Assembly: GCA_030390025.1 (NCBI GenBank)
Contig: CM059433.1
Span: 98,642,001 to 98,706,000 of the forward strand
DNA from: Squalus acanthias
Taxonomy: Eukaryota
Length of the DNA: 64,000 bases
Reading direction: 5' to 3'
Each line of letters starts with the position of its first letter. Position 1 is the first letter of the stretch. This document shows, piece after piece, positions 52,077 to 64,000 of the stretch. The position numbers and the translations under genes are program-made. The notes beneath the pieces are model-generated. The model was not told where the DNA came from and did no database searches. It saw only the letters and a list, made by a program, of their open reading frames with translations.

Positions 52077-53226
52077 GAAGCAAAATACTGCGGATGCTGG
52101 AAATCTGAAATAAAAACAGAAAATGCTGGAAATACGCAGCAGGTCAGGCAGCATCGACCTGAAACGTGTTCTATTTCCCGCACTTCTGCTCTCACCCCTT
52201 CCACATCCTCCCGGAACAACGATTGGGTTCCCCTTGTCCTCACCTTTCACCCCACCAGCCTTCACATTCAACGGATCATCCTCCGCCATTTCCGCCACCT
52301 CCAGCGTGATCCCACCACCAAACACATCTTCCCCTCACCTCCCCTTTCAGCATTCCGAAGGGACTGCTCCCTCCACGACACCCTGGTCCACTCCTCTATC
52401 ACCCCCAACACCCCTTCCCCTTCGCCCGGCACCTTCACGTGCAAGCGCAGGAGATGCAACACATGCCCTTTTACCTCCTCCCTTCCCACTGTCCAGGGCC
52501 CCAAACACTCCTTCCAGGTGAAACAGCGACTTACTTGTACTTCTTGCAATTTAGTATACTGTATTCGCTGCTCACGATGCGGTCTCCTCTACATAGGGGA
52601 GACCAAACGCAGATTGGGTGACCGCTTTGCGGAACACCTCGTTCAGTCCGTAAGGGTGACCCCGAGCTTCCGGTCGCCTGTCACTTTAATTCTCCGCTCC
52701 ACTCCCACTCTGACCTCTCCGTCCTCGGCCTCTTACACTGTTCCAATGAAGCTCAATGTAAGCTCGAGGAACAGCACCTCATCTTTCGATTAGGCACTTT
52801 ACAGCCTTCTGAACTCAACATTGAGTTCAACAATTTCAGACCATAACCTCTGCCCCTATCTTTTAAAAAAAAATATTTCTCTCTCTCTCTCACATGGCAG
52901 CTGTCGATTATTCTGCCGTTGCCATTTACACTTCATCTAGAGTCATCTTTTGTTTCTTAACTTGTCCCATTACCATCTCCTTTTGCCTTGCACCATCATC
53001 CCTTTTGTCTCTTAATCTCTCCTGCCTTCCATCCTATCACAGACCTTCCTTTTTGTTCTTTCCTCCCCTCCCCCCTTTCCCTGCCCCTACACTTGCTTAA
53101 AAACCTGTTCCATCTCCAATTTTTTCCAGTTCTGACGAAGGGTCATTGACCTGAAACGTTAACTCTGTTTCTCTCTCCACAGATGCTGCCTGACCTGCTG
53201 AGTATTTCCAGCATTTTCTGTTTTTA
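52077..53226 (+). mobile_element. 5'-truncated Penelope-like element: inverted partial pLTR, GIY-YIG endonuclease remnant and pLTR
   Basis: CKRRRCNTC linker and NLVYCIRCSRCGLLYIGETKRRLGDRFAEH; 14-bp TSD TTTCACTCTGTTCA (52063-52076 and 53227-53240); hammerhead core at about 53128-53165. Confidence 0.92.
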
Positions 53227-53554
53227 TTTCACTCTGTTCATCCTTCAGCTTACCTACTTGCGAGAAAATCATAGGTTACAAGAGCTTTCCAATACAAGAG
53301 CCGCTATCAAAATTAAGATGCTTTAACATGGCTGAATGTACACAGCATTAGAGACAGGTGAGTCATAAATTCCAGAATCAATCCATTCCACAGTTATTTA
53401 TTCAATACTATGAATTTTGCCTACTTCAAATCATATTTGGAACAACATGTGCCTTTAAAAGTCAATGGCACTACTCATAAGCAGAGGAGCAAAATATCAT
53501 CTGCACCATTTTGCACATCCTCCAGTTCTTTCCCAGCTCTCATAGTTTAAAAAA

Positions 53555-55720
53555 AATTGTTCTTGGGATAAAGGCGGGTATTTATTAGCCATCCCTAATT
53601 GGACCTGGGAAGGTGGTGGAGGGCCTTCTTCTTGAACCACGGCAGTAGCAGTTTGGTTTGCTGGTCACTTCAGGGGTAAGTTAAAAGTCAACCACGTTGG
53701 TATGGGACTGGAGTCATACATAGGCCAGACCAGGTAAGGATAGCAGGTTTCCTTCCCAAAAAGACACTGGTGAACCAGCTGGGTTTTTACAACAATCCAA
53801 CAGCTTCATGGTCACTTTTACTAATATCAGCTTTTGTTTCTAGATTTTTTTTAAACTGAATTCAAATTCTCAAGCTGCCATGAACATAAAAACATAAGAA
53901 ATAGGAGCAGGAGTAGGCCATTTGGCCCTTCGAGCCTGCTCCGCCATTCAATAAGATTATGGCTGATCTTCTACCTCATCTCCACCTTCCTGCCCTATCT
54001 CCATATCCCTTAATTCCCTTAGTTCCCAAAAATTGATCGACATCTGTCTTGAATATACTCAACGACTGAGCATCCACAGCTCTCTGGGGTAGAGAATTCC
54101 AAAGATTCATAGCCCTTTGAGTGAAGAAATTTCTCCTCATCTCAGTCCTAAATGAGACTGTGACCCCGTGTTCTAGATTTCCCAGCCAGGGGAAACATTT
54201 TCCCAGCATTAACCCTGTCAAGCCCCTTAAGAATTTTATATGTTTCAATTAGATCACCTCTCATTCTTCTAAACTCTAGAGAATATAGGCCTAGTCTACT
54301 CAATCTCTTCTCATAGGACAATCCCCTCATCCCAGGAACCAGTCTAGTGAACCTTCGTTGCACTCCCTCTAAGGCAAGTTTGTCTTTCCTTAAGTAAGGA
54401 GACCAGAACTGAACACAGTACTCCAGGTGTGGCCTCACCAATGCCCTGTATAATTGTAGTAAGACTTCTTTACTCTTATACTCTAATCCCTTTGTAACAA
54501 AAGCTAACATACCATTTGCTTTCTGAATTGCTTGCTGCACCTGCATGTTAACTTTCTGTGATTCATGTACAAGGACACCCAGGTCCTTCTGAATGCAAAC
54601 ATTTCCCAGTCTCTCACCATTCAAAAAATATTCTGCTTTTTTGTTTTTCTTACCAAAGTGGATAACTTCACACTTCCCCACATTGTATTCCATTTGCCAT
54701 GTTCTTGCCCACTCAGCCAACCTGTCTATATCTCTCTGCAGCCTCTTTGCATCTTCCTCACAGATTACTTTCCCACCTAACTTTGTATCATCAGCAAACT
54801 TGGATATGTTACACTCAGTCCCTTCATCTAAGTCATTAATATAGATTGCAAATAGCTGAGGCCCAAGCACTGATCCTTGTGGTACCCCGCTAGTTACAGC
54901 CTGCCAAGCTGAAAATGTCCTTTTTATTCCTATCTGTTTTCTGTCCATTAACCAATCCTCAATCCATGCTAATATATTGCCCCCATCCTATGAGTCCTAA
55001 TTTTGTGTAATAACCTCTTGTGTGGCACCTTATCGAATGCTTTTTGAAAATCCAAACACACTACATCCACAGGTTCCCCCTTATCCATCCTACTAGTTAC
55101 ATCTTCAAAAAACTCTAATAGGTCTTTCAAACACGATTTCTCTTTCATAAAACCATGTTGACTCTGCCTAATCATATTATGATTTTCTAAGTGCCCTGTT
55201 ACCACGTCCCTAATAATAGATTCTAGCATTTTGCCTACTACTGAGGTCACGCTAACTGGCCTATAGTTTCCCATTTTTTCTCTTCCTCCTTTCTTAAATA
55301 GTGGGGTTATGTTTGCTACCTTCCAATCCTTGGGGACTGTTCTAGAATCTAGGGAATTCTGGAAGATTAATACCAGTGCATCCACTATCTCCGCAGCTAC
55401 CTCTTTTAAAATGATGCAGGTTGTCAGGTCCAGGGGATTTGTCGCCACATAGTCCCATTAATTTCTCCAGTACTACATCTTTACTTATACTGATTTCTTT
55501 AAGTTCCTCATTCTCTCTAGACCCTTGGTTCCCCATTATTTCCAGAATGTTTTTTGTGTCTTCTACTCTGAAGACAGATACAAAGTATTTGTTTAATGTC
55601 TCTGCCATTTCCTTATTGCCCATTATAATTTCTCCTGTCTCTGCCTCTGGTGAGATTTAAACATTTAAACTTGCGTTCTCTGGATTACTAGCCCTGGCCT
55701 CTGGATTACTATTCCAGTGA
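53555..55720 (-). mobile_element. tRNA-type SINE (body 53555-53882, head 55649-55720) split by a CR1
   Basis: Its tail matches the 3' end of the 47650-49928 LINE; the head (..AGTAATCCAGAGG..AAATCTCACC|ATGGCAGC) resumes after the CR1. Confidence 0.7.
53883..55648 (-). mobile_element. 5'-truncated CR1 LINE
   Basis: Minus-strand ORFs 55342-55623, 54969-55448, 54148-54948 and 53976-54248 carry RT motifs; tail at 53883. Confidence 0.96.
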
Positions 55721-55921
55721 AGGGCTGGTGTCTGTGTTACATTAATGTATGAGACGCATGTACAGGCTCGCTGGGATCAAATTTTCTGATCCACTTTACA
55801 AATGTTGAAATATAAGACCACAAAGATGAATTGAAAAGAAACCCAAATTCTCAGACATATCTAATCATTCAAATATAGTCAGAGTACTTTAAATCGAATC
55901 TTTCTAGAATTCTGGATGGAA

Positions 55922-57170
55922 GTTTTGATAAAGTCCCACATAAGAGGTTAGTGTGCAAAATTAAAGTACATGGGATTGGGGGTAATATACTGGCATGGAT
56001 TGACAATTGGTTAACAGACAAGAAACAGAGAGTAGGAATAAATGGGTCTTTTTCGGGGTGGCAGGCGGTGACTAGTGGGGTACCGCAGGGATCAGTGCTT
56101 GGGCCCCAGCTATTCAAAATATATATCAATGATTTGGATGAGGGAACCAAATGTAATATTTCCAAGTTTGCTGACGACACGAAACTAGGTGGGATTGTGA
56201 GTTGTGAGGAGGATGCAAAGAGGCTTCAAGGCGATTTAGACAAGTTGAGTGAGTGGGCAAATACATGGCAGATGCAGTATAACGTGGATAAATGTGAAGT
56301 TATCCACTTCGGTAGGAAAAACAGAAAGGCAGAGTATTATTTAAATGGTGATAGATTGGGAAATGCTGATGTACAGAGGGACCTGGGTGTCCTTGTACAC
56401 CAGTCACTGAAAGCAAACATGCAGGTGCAGCAAGCAGTTAGGAAGGCAAATGTTATGTTGGCCTTCATTGCAAGAGGATTTGAGTACAGGAGCAAGGATG
56501 TCTTATTACAGTTGTGAGAAGTCGCACAACACCAGGTTATAGTCCAACAGATTTATTTAAAATTACAAGCTTTCGGAGCTATCCTGCCCCTTCTTCAGGT
56601 AAAGTTACTGTGAGACCACACCAGGAGTACTGTGTGCAGTTTTGGTCTCCTTACCTAAGAAAGGATATACTTGCCATAGAGGGAGTGCAGCGAAGGTTCA
56701 CCAGACTGATTCCTGGGATGGCAGGACTGTCGTATGAAGAGAGATTGGGTTGACTAGGCCTGCATTCACTAGAGTTTAGAAGAATGAGAGGGGATCTCAT
56801 TGAAACGTATAAAATTCTGACAGGGCTAGACAGACTGGATGTAGGGAGGATGTTTCCCCTGGCTTGGGGGTCTAGAACGAGGGGTCACAGTCTCAGGATA
56901 AGGGGTAGGACATTTAGGACTGAGATGAGGAGAAATGTCTTCACTCAGAGGGTGGTGAACCTATGGAATTCTTTACCACAGAAGGCTGTGGAAGCCAAGC
57001 CACTGAATATATTTAAGAAGGTGATAGATAGATTTCTAGACACAAAAGGCATCAAGGGGTATGGGGAGAGAGCAGGAATATGGTATTGAGATAGAGGATC
57101 AGCCATGATCATATTGAATGGTGGACCAGGCTCGAATGGCCTACTCCTGCTCCTACTTTTTTTTATGTTA
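55922..57170 (+). mobile_element. 5'-truncated CR1 LINE with a Penelope pLTR fragment inserted at 56516-56604
   Basis: FDKVPHKRL...FADD...RRMRGDLIE; the insertion interrupts LLQL|YRALVRP. Confidence 0.95.
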
Positions 57171-58529
57171 AGGGCTTCCATTCAGATGTTTTAACAAGAC
57201 TTAAGAGAGGCTGATTCACGTGTGCCCACTGGGTCCAAGTAATCATCAAGTTACACTCACTGAGTGGTAAGACTGTCATTATGGTTTGATGGATTGCAGC
57301 CAGGGTGATAACGTACATGTCTCTATAAATTAAAGATAATTTATAACCTCTGATTCGCCACTTCACAATTTTTTTTTTCTTGTGATACGAAGGAATTTTG
57401 ATATTTGAGACACGTAAAACTTGAAGTAAGTGAAGTCTGATTGTTTTTTTTTATCCTTCTCTTTTGCTCACCCCCAAACGCCTGGTGGAAAAGGTGAGGC
57501 TCCTCCTAGAGTCTCTTGAGCTGGCCAGCAGGATGTGCATGAGAGCAGACCAAGATGCTGTCACATAACTAGATATCGGGTGGTATGAGTGAACTCCCAA
57601 ACATAAGAAATGTGGAGTCCACTTACGGGAGTGAGCAATGCCACTAACCTGAGAGAATATCTAAAGCGGACCCAATATTTATAACAAGCTCCAGTGGGAT
57701 TCATTAGCATCAAAACTATTGTGTTGGAAAGTGAGGCTCCTGGGCTCGACAGACGAACTCTTCAAAAGAGGAAGGCATCATTTTAAAACCTACCCTCATT
57801 TACATATATACAAGGACAAGTATCACAAACTCAATATTAATGCCCCCTTCAAAATGTTGCTTAATGAAGCGTTAAAAATATTCTTCTAAGTAAGCTTCAA
57901 AAGGATAAAGCGAGACCAAACTAAGAGTTGACAGGATGTTGTCTCACGAAACTATAAATTATTTAATTCTGCTGTGTATTGTAAATCAAAGCCAGACTAA
58001 AAAAAAGTTAAAAGTGAAATGGCTAATTGGATAGTGAAAAGAAACAGTGGTCAATACTACTTCAGAGCCACGTGATCAGAGCAGAAACCCAAACCTCGTG
58101 GATAAGATGCATCAGTCTTTGTTAATAGAACTGACTCAATGGAATGCTCACCTCGGCAAATATTTGCCACACTTCATTGCAGCTCTTTTAAATATTTGAT
58201 GTGTACATCAAGTGCATGAGACTCATGTGACAGTGTGACTGTGAACTCACATCCTGTTGTATGCTAATTAAACTGTGGGCTTCCCTGGTCTCTTCACGTA
58301 AATTAACCTAGAAGCATGTGAATAAATTTGTCACAAATCCACAGCCCGCACTATCCCCTGAGCATGACCACCCTCAATAACTTCTGATCTAATCACAAAC
58401 CCACTGCAAATAATAACCACTGAGAAAGGTTAAGGCACCTAAATTCAAATCCAGCTCAGAGCAATCAGATGAAAATTTGCTTTCTCAATCCAATTCCTAG
58501 TGGGAAGACGGTGTGGGAAATGGAAAAGC

Positions 58530-59640
58530 ACCTTGGGCTGGAGGAGGTTACAGAGATAGGATAGGGTGAGGCCATGGAGGGATTTAAACATGAGGATGAG
58601 AATTTAAAATCGGAGACTTTGGGGAACTGGGAGTCTATGTAGGTCAGTGAGGACAGGTGAATAGGATTTGGTGTGGGATAGGATACGCATCGCAGTGTTT
58701 TAGATTAACTGAAATTTACAGAGGGAGGAGGATGGGAGGTCAGTCAGAAGAGCATTGAAATAGTGGAGTCTGGAGGTGACAAAGGCATGGATAAGGGTTT
58801 CAGCGGCAGATGGGCAAAGGTAGGAGCAGAGGTAGGCAATGTTACGGAGGTTGAAATAGGCAGTCTTTATGATGGAGGGAATATGGGGTTGGCAGCTCAG
58901 CTCAGGATCAAATAGGATGTCGAGGTTGTGAATAGTCTGGTTCAGCCTGAGACAGTGGCTGGGGAGAGGAATGTAATCAGTGGCAATGCCATAGAGTTTG
59001 TGCTGGGCAACAAACATGATGACTTTGGTTTTCCCAATGTTTAGCTGGAAGAAACTCCAGCTTATCCAAGACTGGATGTCGGACAAGAATAAAGGAGCAT
59101 CCTAATAGCAAACTACAATCAAAACCTATAATTTGACACCAAGCCACATAAGGAGAGATTGCAGAGGTGACCAAAAGCTTGGTCAAAGAGGTAGGTTTTA
59201 AGCATAGTCTTAAAGGAGAGAGAGATGGAGAGGCAGAGAGTTTTTGGGAAGGAATTCCACAGATGAAGGTCTAGGTGGCTGTAGGTACGGCCGCCAATGG
59301 TGGGGAAAGGAAGTGGGGGATGCACAAGAGACCAGAGTTGGAGGAACGTAGAGTTCTCTGTGGGTTGTAGGGCTGGATGAGTTTAGAGGTAGGGAAGGGC
59401 GAGGCCATGGAGGGATTTGAACACGAGGATGAGAATTTTAAAATCAAGGTGTTGATGGACCGGGAGCCAGTGTAGGTGAGCAAGCACAGGGGTAATGGGT
59501 GAACGAGTTAGGATATAGGCAGCAGAGTTGTGGATGAGCTCAAGTTTATGGAAGGTGGAAGATAGGAGGCCGGCCAGGAGAGCTTTGGAATAGTCCAAGT
59601 CTGGAGATAATAAAAGCATGGATGAGGTTTTCGCAAACTG
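58530..59640 (-). mobile_element. Two tandem L2 3' fragments
   Basis: QLNIGKTK..LFDPELS..AETLIHAFVTSRL and LHWLPVHQHLDFKILILVFKSLHGLALPYL. Confidence 0.9.
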
Positions 59641-60359
59641 ATGGTCAGCTAGGGTCTGACACATGGAAACCCATCACCATGTTTCAGGGTCTTCAAAACA
59701 AGCTACTGGGAAATCTACGCCCACCTGTAGAGTTTTGTTTGCCCAATATAATTGCACACCCTCTCCTTACAGGGACACATCTCACTCACCCGTCCAGAGT
59801 GTTTATGTGCATACTAGCTGAGCCAAGGCTTAGGGACCATCAAGCATGTGTAGGGGTACTGCTTGCATTTAACCAACTAAAACCACGCAGCTTACCAGAG
59901 CTGCTTCCCATTGCTTATCCAGCTAGGGCCACCCCTACCCGTTGAAGTATTGGCTTGCAGGGTTATCTGTAACTGAGTGGGAAGATAAGATTAGATCTAA
60001 TCCCTCCACATTCCATTAGTAAACCAGGCTGGCTGGTCAATCATTAACACATTTATGGAGAACTGCAGACCTGCGTGGCTCAGGTAACAGGTTACCGAGT
60101 CTACCACAGAGTGCTAATTTCATTCCAAGCTTCCATCACCAGGCATGTCATCTCAGAGTCATCTAGACCCCACTTACCTCTCCCCCCAAGGAGGTTAGTC
60201 AGCAGTTGGACCTCAGGCAACTGGCAGTAAGTACCAGGAGCTTCTCACAAGTGGCATGGTGAGCAACACAACTTACCATAAAATGTTTGATTGTAACACC
60301 ACCATCCTCCTGAATACACACCATGTCCCATTAAGAAGCAGGAACAGCTGCTTTCTGTC

Positions 60360-60652
60360 TTCAGACAGAGGACACAAATTAAAGATAATTGGCAAAAAAT
60401 CTAGGGGGAAGTGATAATTTTTTTACGCAGCAAGTTGTTACGATATGAAATACACTACCTGAAAGGGTGGTGGAAGCAGATTCAATAGTAACTTTCAAAG
60501 GGGAATTGAATATATACTTGAAAAGGAGAAATTTGCAGGGCTATGGGGAAAGAGCGGGGAGTGAGACTAATTGGATGTCTCTTTCAAAGAGCTGGCACAG
60601 ACACGATGGGCCGAATGGCCTCCTTCTGTGCTATATGATTCTATGATTCTAT
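60360..60652 (+). mobile_element. CR1 3' fragment (TTCTATGA tail subfamily)
   Basis: gggccgaatggcctccttctgtgct followed by ATGATTCT repeats. Confidence 0.8.
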
Positions 60653-61960
60653 TCCATGATACGTGGTAGGCACTGAGCCCTGGACAAATGAGTGGGTGTT
60701 CTCGAACCTAGCCTGCAGGTGACAGCTTTCAGCAGCTGTCATCCCAAGTCATCATCTATATGATGGGAATCTCCTGTCAGTGTGGTGGAAGGATCTTCAC
60801 AGGGCAGCTTCTGTCGTGCCAGCCACCTTGAAGTTGTAGACCTCCAAGTCCAGTGTTACTCATTACCATCTGTTTAATTCAGACCCTTAGGTGAGGGGCT
60901 ATAGTAAAGACCAAGGCTGACCCCTCGCCAGGGTGCTCAATGATTGGTTGATGTAGGCCAGAGCACGCCCATCCTGCAGCCTCTTCCCCTTTTACTACAA
61001 ACCCACCTCACTGCTTGGTCCTGGATCTTGCACTTGGGCTGTAGGAAGCCCTTCCATTATATAATCTAAGAATTTCATTCTGATGTGATGAAAGTGTCTA
61101 CTGGCTGTTTGGAAAGACTCAAGCCAGTTCCTACAGTGCAAAACTTCCCCTAATTTGGTATGAATTGGCAATGTTGCTCTGATAGGCCTAAGGATGCTTG
61201 GTGTAGGAAACAGAAAAAGTGGCACTCCAGTGCAGTAGAGGTTGGAACAGAGTCAATGATGCTTTGATCTGCATTTGGATATGCAAAACCTGACCTGGGA
61301 GTGCTTGATGCTGACACTGGATGCCTGAAATAAAGTGTGGTCCCCAACACTCCTGCGATATGAGAGCACAAAAATTAAAAGAGTGGGCTATGACATAAAA
61401 GACTTCTCATTGGCATGAGTCACAGCCCGAGCCACTCAACTTTAGTTCAGTTCTGAATAGACATTTAGACCCTGGGATTTGGGCAGGGATTTCTCATTAC
61501 CCACACACAACATTATATCGCCAGGATCCAGAAATATGGTTTCATCCAAGAATTTTGTCACATAATGAACTGTGCAAAACATTTACCCTAGAAAAGGACA
61601 TTTTAACCCTTTGTTGACTAATTCTTTATTGTTTTAGCTATTGTAATTTTAATTTCCTACAGTGTCTTACTGTTTCTGTATAATATACTGTCAATAAAGT
61701 TGACTATTAGTTTTAGCCCATATGCAATAGTCTGCCAGCGTGGTATTGAAGCCTTTTGGAGAAGATGGTAGGATGTGGTGGGCAATCCACATGATGTCTG
61801 GTAGCTGATATCACAATAAAAGGATATTTATTAATGTTGGGTGTGCTTTTTTACAAGGAAACAGGTTTCAGTTCATAGGATACGGGCCTACTTATGGAAA
61901 CTGTCTTTTTGCAGTATACACAAGATAAAAGTGTTGGGAGAAAACCTGAGCAGTTACAAG

Positions 61961-62134
61961 GAGGTAGATCTTGACTTTGTGCGATAGTAGTGTAATATGG
62001 GTCTTAGCGAGTTGGCAGCCCGTTTTACATCTCTCACAATTTTTATTTCCATAGAAGTTATCAGAAATAAAAATTGGGAGAGATGTAAAACGAGCTGTCG
62101 ATTTACACTATCGCACAAAGTCAAGATCTACTCC
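61961..62134. mobile_element. Hairpin MITE (174 bp)
   Basis: Near-complete palindrome GTAGATCTTGACTTTGTGCGATAGT...ACTATCGCACAAAGTCAAGATCTAC; 3-bp flanking repeat AAG. Confidence 0.8.
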
Positions 62135-63854
62135 AAGGAGTTCCATGGCTTTGAGGTCCTAGGAAATAATGAGGAGACTGTGCAATGTGTCTTGATTTCG
62201 GGGTGCGGAAGTAGGGAGGTCAAAGAGTGCAAAAGACTGAAGAGTTGGAGATTAAAAGGAACAAGAGAGAGAAGTTCAAAGGTGCATTGATCATAAAGGA
62301 TGTTACGGAGAGAATGAGCTTGGTGGTTAGAAGTGAGACAGGGATCACATATCAGATGACAACCTTTTTTTTATATATCCTGTCCAGAAATGCAAGAATG
62401 GTGCAGAAGAGACTTGAGTTTTAAGAGTTGTTGAGGAGAAAATAAATTTTGGTACAATAGATGAAACCAAACTTTACTTACTAAAGTAGCTTTAACAATG
62501 GAAGGCAAAAATGCTGGAAATATGTAGCAGGTTTCTCCTGTTGCTGAGAGCATACAGTTAGTTTATTCTCAAGTCTCTACCAATGCTGATGGCTAACCAA
62601 CTGCTAAAAAGATCTAAAGAGCTGCTCACCAATTTTTCCTCCCCACTTTCAGGGAAAACACTTACACTGCATTCGCTGATAGCTTAACCAGCATTGGTAA
62701 CTTTCTGGGTGGGATATTGCAGGTTCGTACCTGTATCTTATGTTTGATTGCTGGGGGCAGGATGTTGTTACTCCAGCACGCTGCCCTACTTTGCAGCAAA
62801 CTATACATTATTTTTGTAAAATTTTGCAAATTCAAGATAAAATCTCAATCAAGGTATCAGACTCCATGCAATGAACACAACTTCATACTTTTGCTTGAAT
62901 CTTTCCTGGTTTTGATACAAATGTAGTGAACGTTTATCCTTTTAACTACAACTAGGTACATAGCCCATTTTATATTTCCCTTATTTGGTACAACTCTACC
63001 AAAAATACTTTTTAATTGCGTCATTTATTTCCCCAGAGCTGTTTTAGTTCAAAGCAAGTTTTAGGAATTCCCCTACCATTCTCAAGCAGTTAATTAGCTA
63101 CACGTTGCTTCCTTTACCAGACTCGTTTAGGTTACATTTGTCTTTTGTGGTTTTTCTTCCTTTAGTAGCTAAGGTTAATATTTCATAATTATTACATGAT
63201 GTATGCCTGCTGGCTTCTCAAAAGTATGTGAAGATTCATTTCTTCATGTTCTTTCTACAAACTTTCCTCTATCCCTGGAACTTTTTTCCTTGATGCCAGC
63301 TGGAATCTGTTTCCAATATGTTTCAACAGAAAGCACCTCAACCAGTGAAAACTTGCAATCAGTATTGTGGCACGGGGAAAAACATTTATAATCCATGGCA
63401 GTACCAGGCTCTACATGTACAGTTTTGGAATGTGTGGTTGCACATAGGTCTATTGTCTGAATAATATGGCAACAGTAGGGTTGCCAGGTTTTCTCAAGTA
63501 CAAACAGCTTGAGGCCATTGAGAGGTGAGATTGTGTTTTGAATTGTGAGGTTTCCTTTGCTGCTGATGAAAATTGATTGAAAACCTTAAAATCCTTACTA
63601 GCTAAAGGCACCGTAACATAAAACACAGAAGTGTGTAGAAGGATGGACTTCTATTTAAAAAAATAAATTTCCAGACAGCCCTTTCAAAAGCAGGCTGTCT
63701 GGTCCATAGCCAGACAGGTAGTGATCCGATAATTAAAGTGTTGGCAATAGAATTTAGCATGAGCAGCATGTTCATTTCTACAATGCAACACTCTCTCAGT
63801 GTCAACCTAAGTGATCAACTCAAGTCCTAGACTGGGAGTTGAAGGCACAACCTT

Positions 63855-64000
63855 AGGAACAGGAGTAGGCCATTCAGCCCCTCGAACCTGCTCCGCCATT
63901 CAATCAGATCATGGCTAATCTGCACCTCAACTCCATTTACCCACCTTTGCTCCATATCACATGATGCCCTTACCTTAAAAAAAAAATCTATTGATCTCAG
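63855..64000 (-). mobile_element. CR1 3' end running off the window
   Basis: ggagtaggccattcagcccctcgaacctgctccgccattcaat. Confidence 0.85.

Noticed and set aside
52029-52793. 254-aa host protein
   Set aside because: Chance read-through from flanking DNA and an inverted pLTR into a Penelope GIY-YIG remnant that then frameshifts.

Overview
Eukaryotic, repeat-rich vertebrate DNA. The repeat families (HER1/CR1 LINE, HE1-type V-SINE, SacSINE1-type Deu-SINE, Penelope pLTR palindromes) point to a cartilaginous fish, probably a shark. One host gene is recognisable: the last five coding exons of a divergent, C-terminally compact RNF19A-like RBR E3 ligase (+ strand, 5454-15511), followed by a long repeat-poor candidate 3'UTR. 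The rest is nested mobile DNA: CR1 and L2 LINEs, a second CR1-superfamily LINE, three SINE families, PIF/Harbinger-type MITEs, Penelope elements with minimal hammerhead ribozyme cores, a solo LTR, a 31-bp minisatellite and a truncated 7SL RNA copy. The most unusual object is a two-LTR, minus-strand provirus at 35642-42990. It has a tRNA-Lys(UUU) PBS, a coiled-coil ORF straight after the PBS, no gag/PR/RT/RH, a GPY/F-type integrase remnant and a degraded env that looks like an F-type class I fusion protein rather than a conventional retroviral SU/TM. This architecture suggests a non-autonomous lokiretrovirus-like element in a shark. All family assignments come from motif recognition by eye, not database searches.
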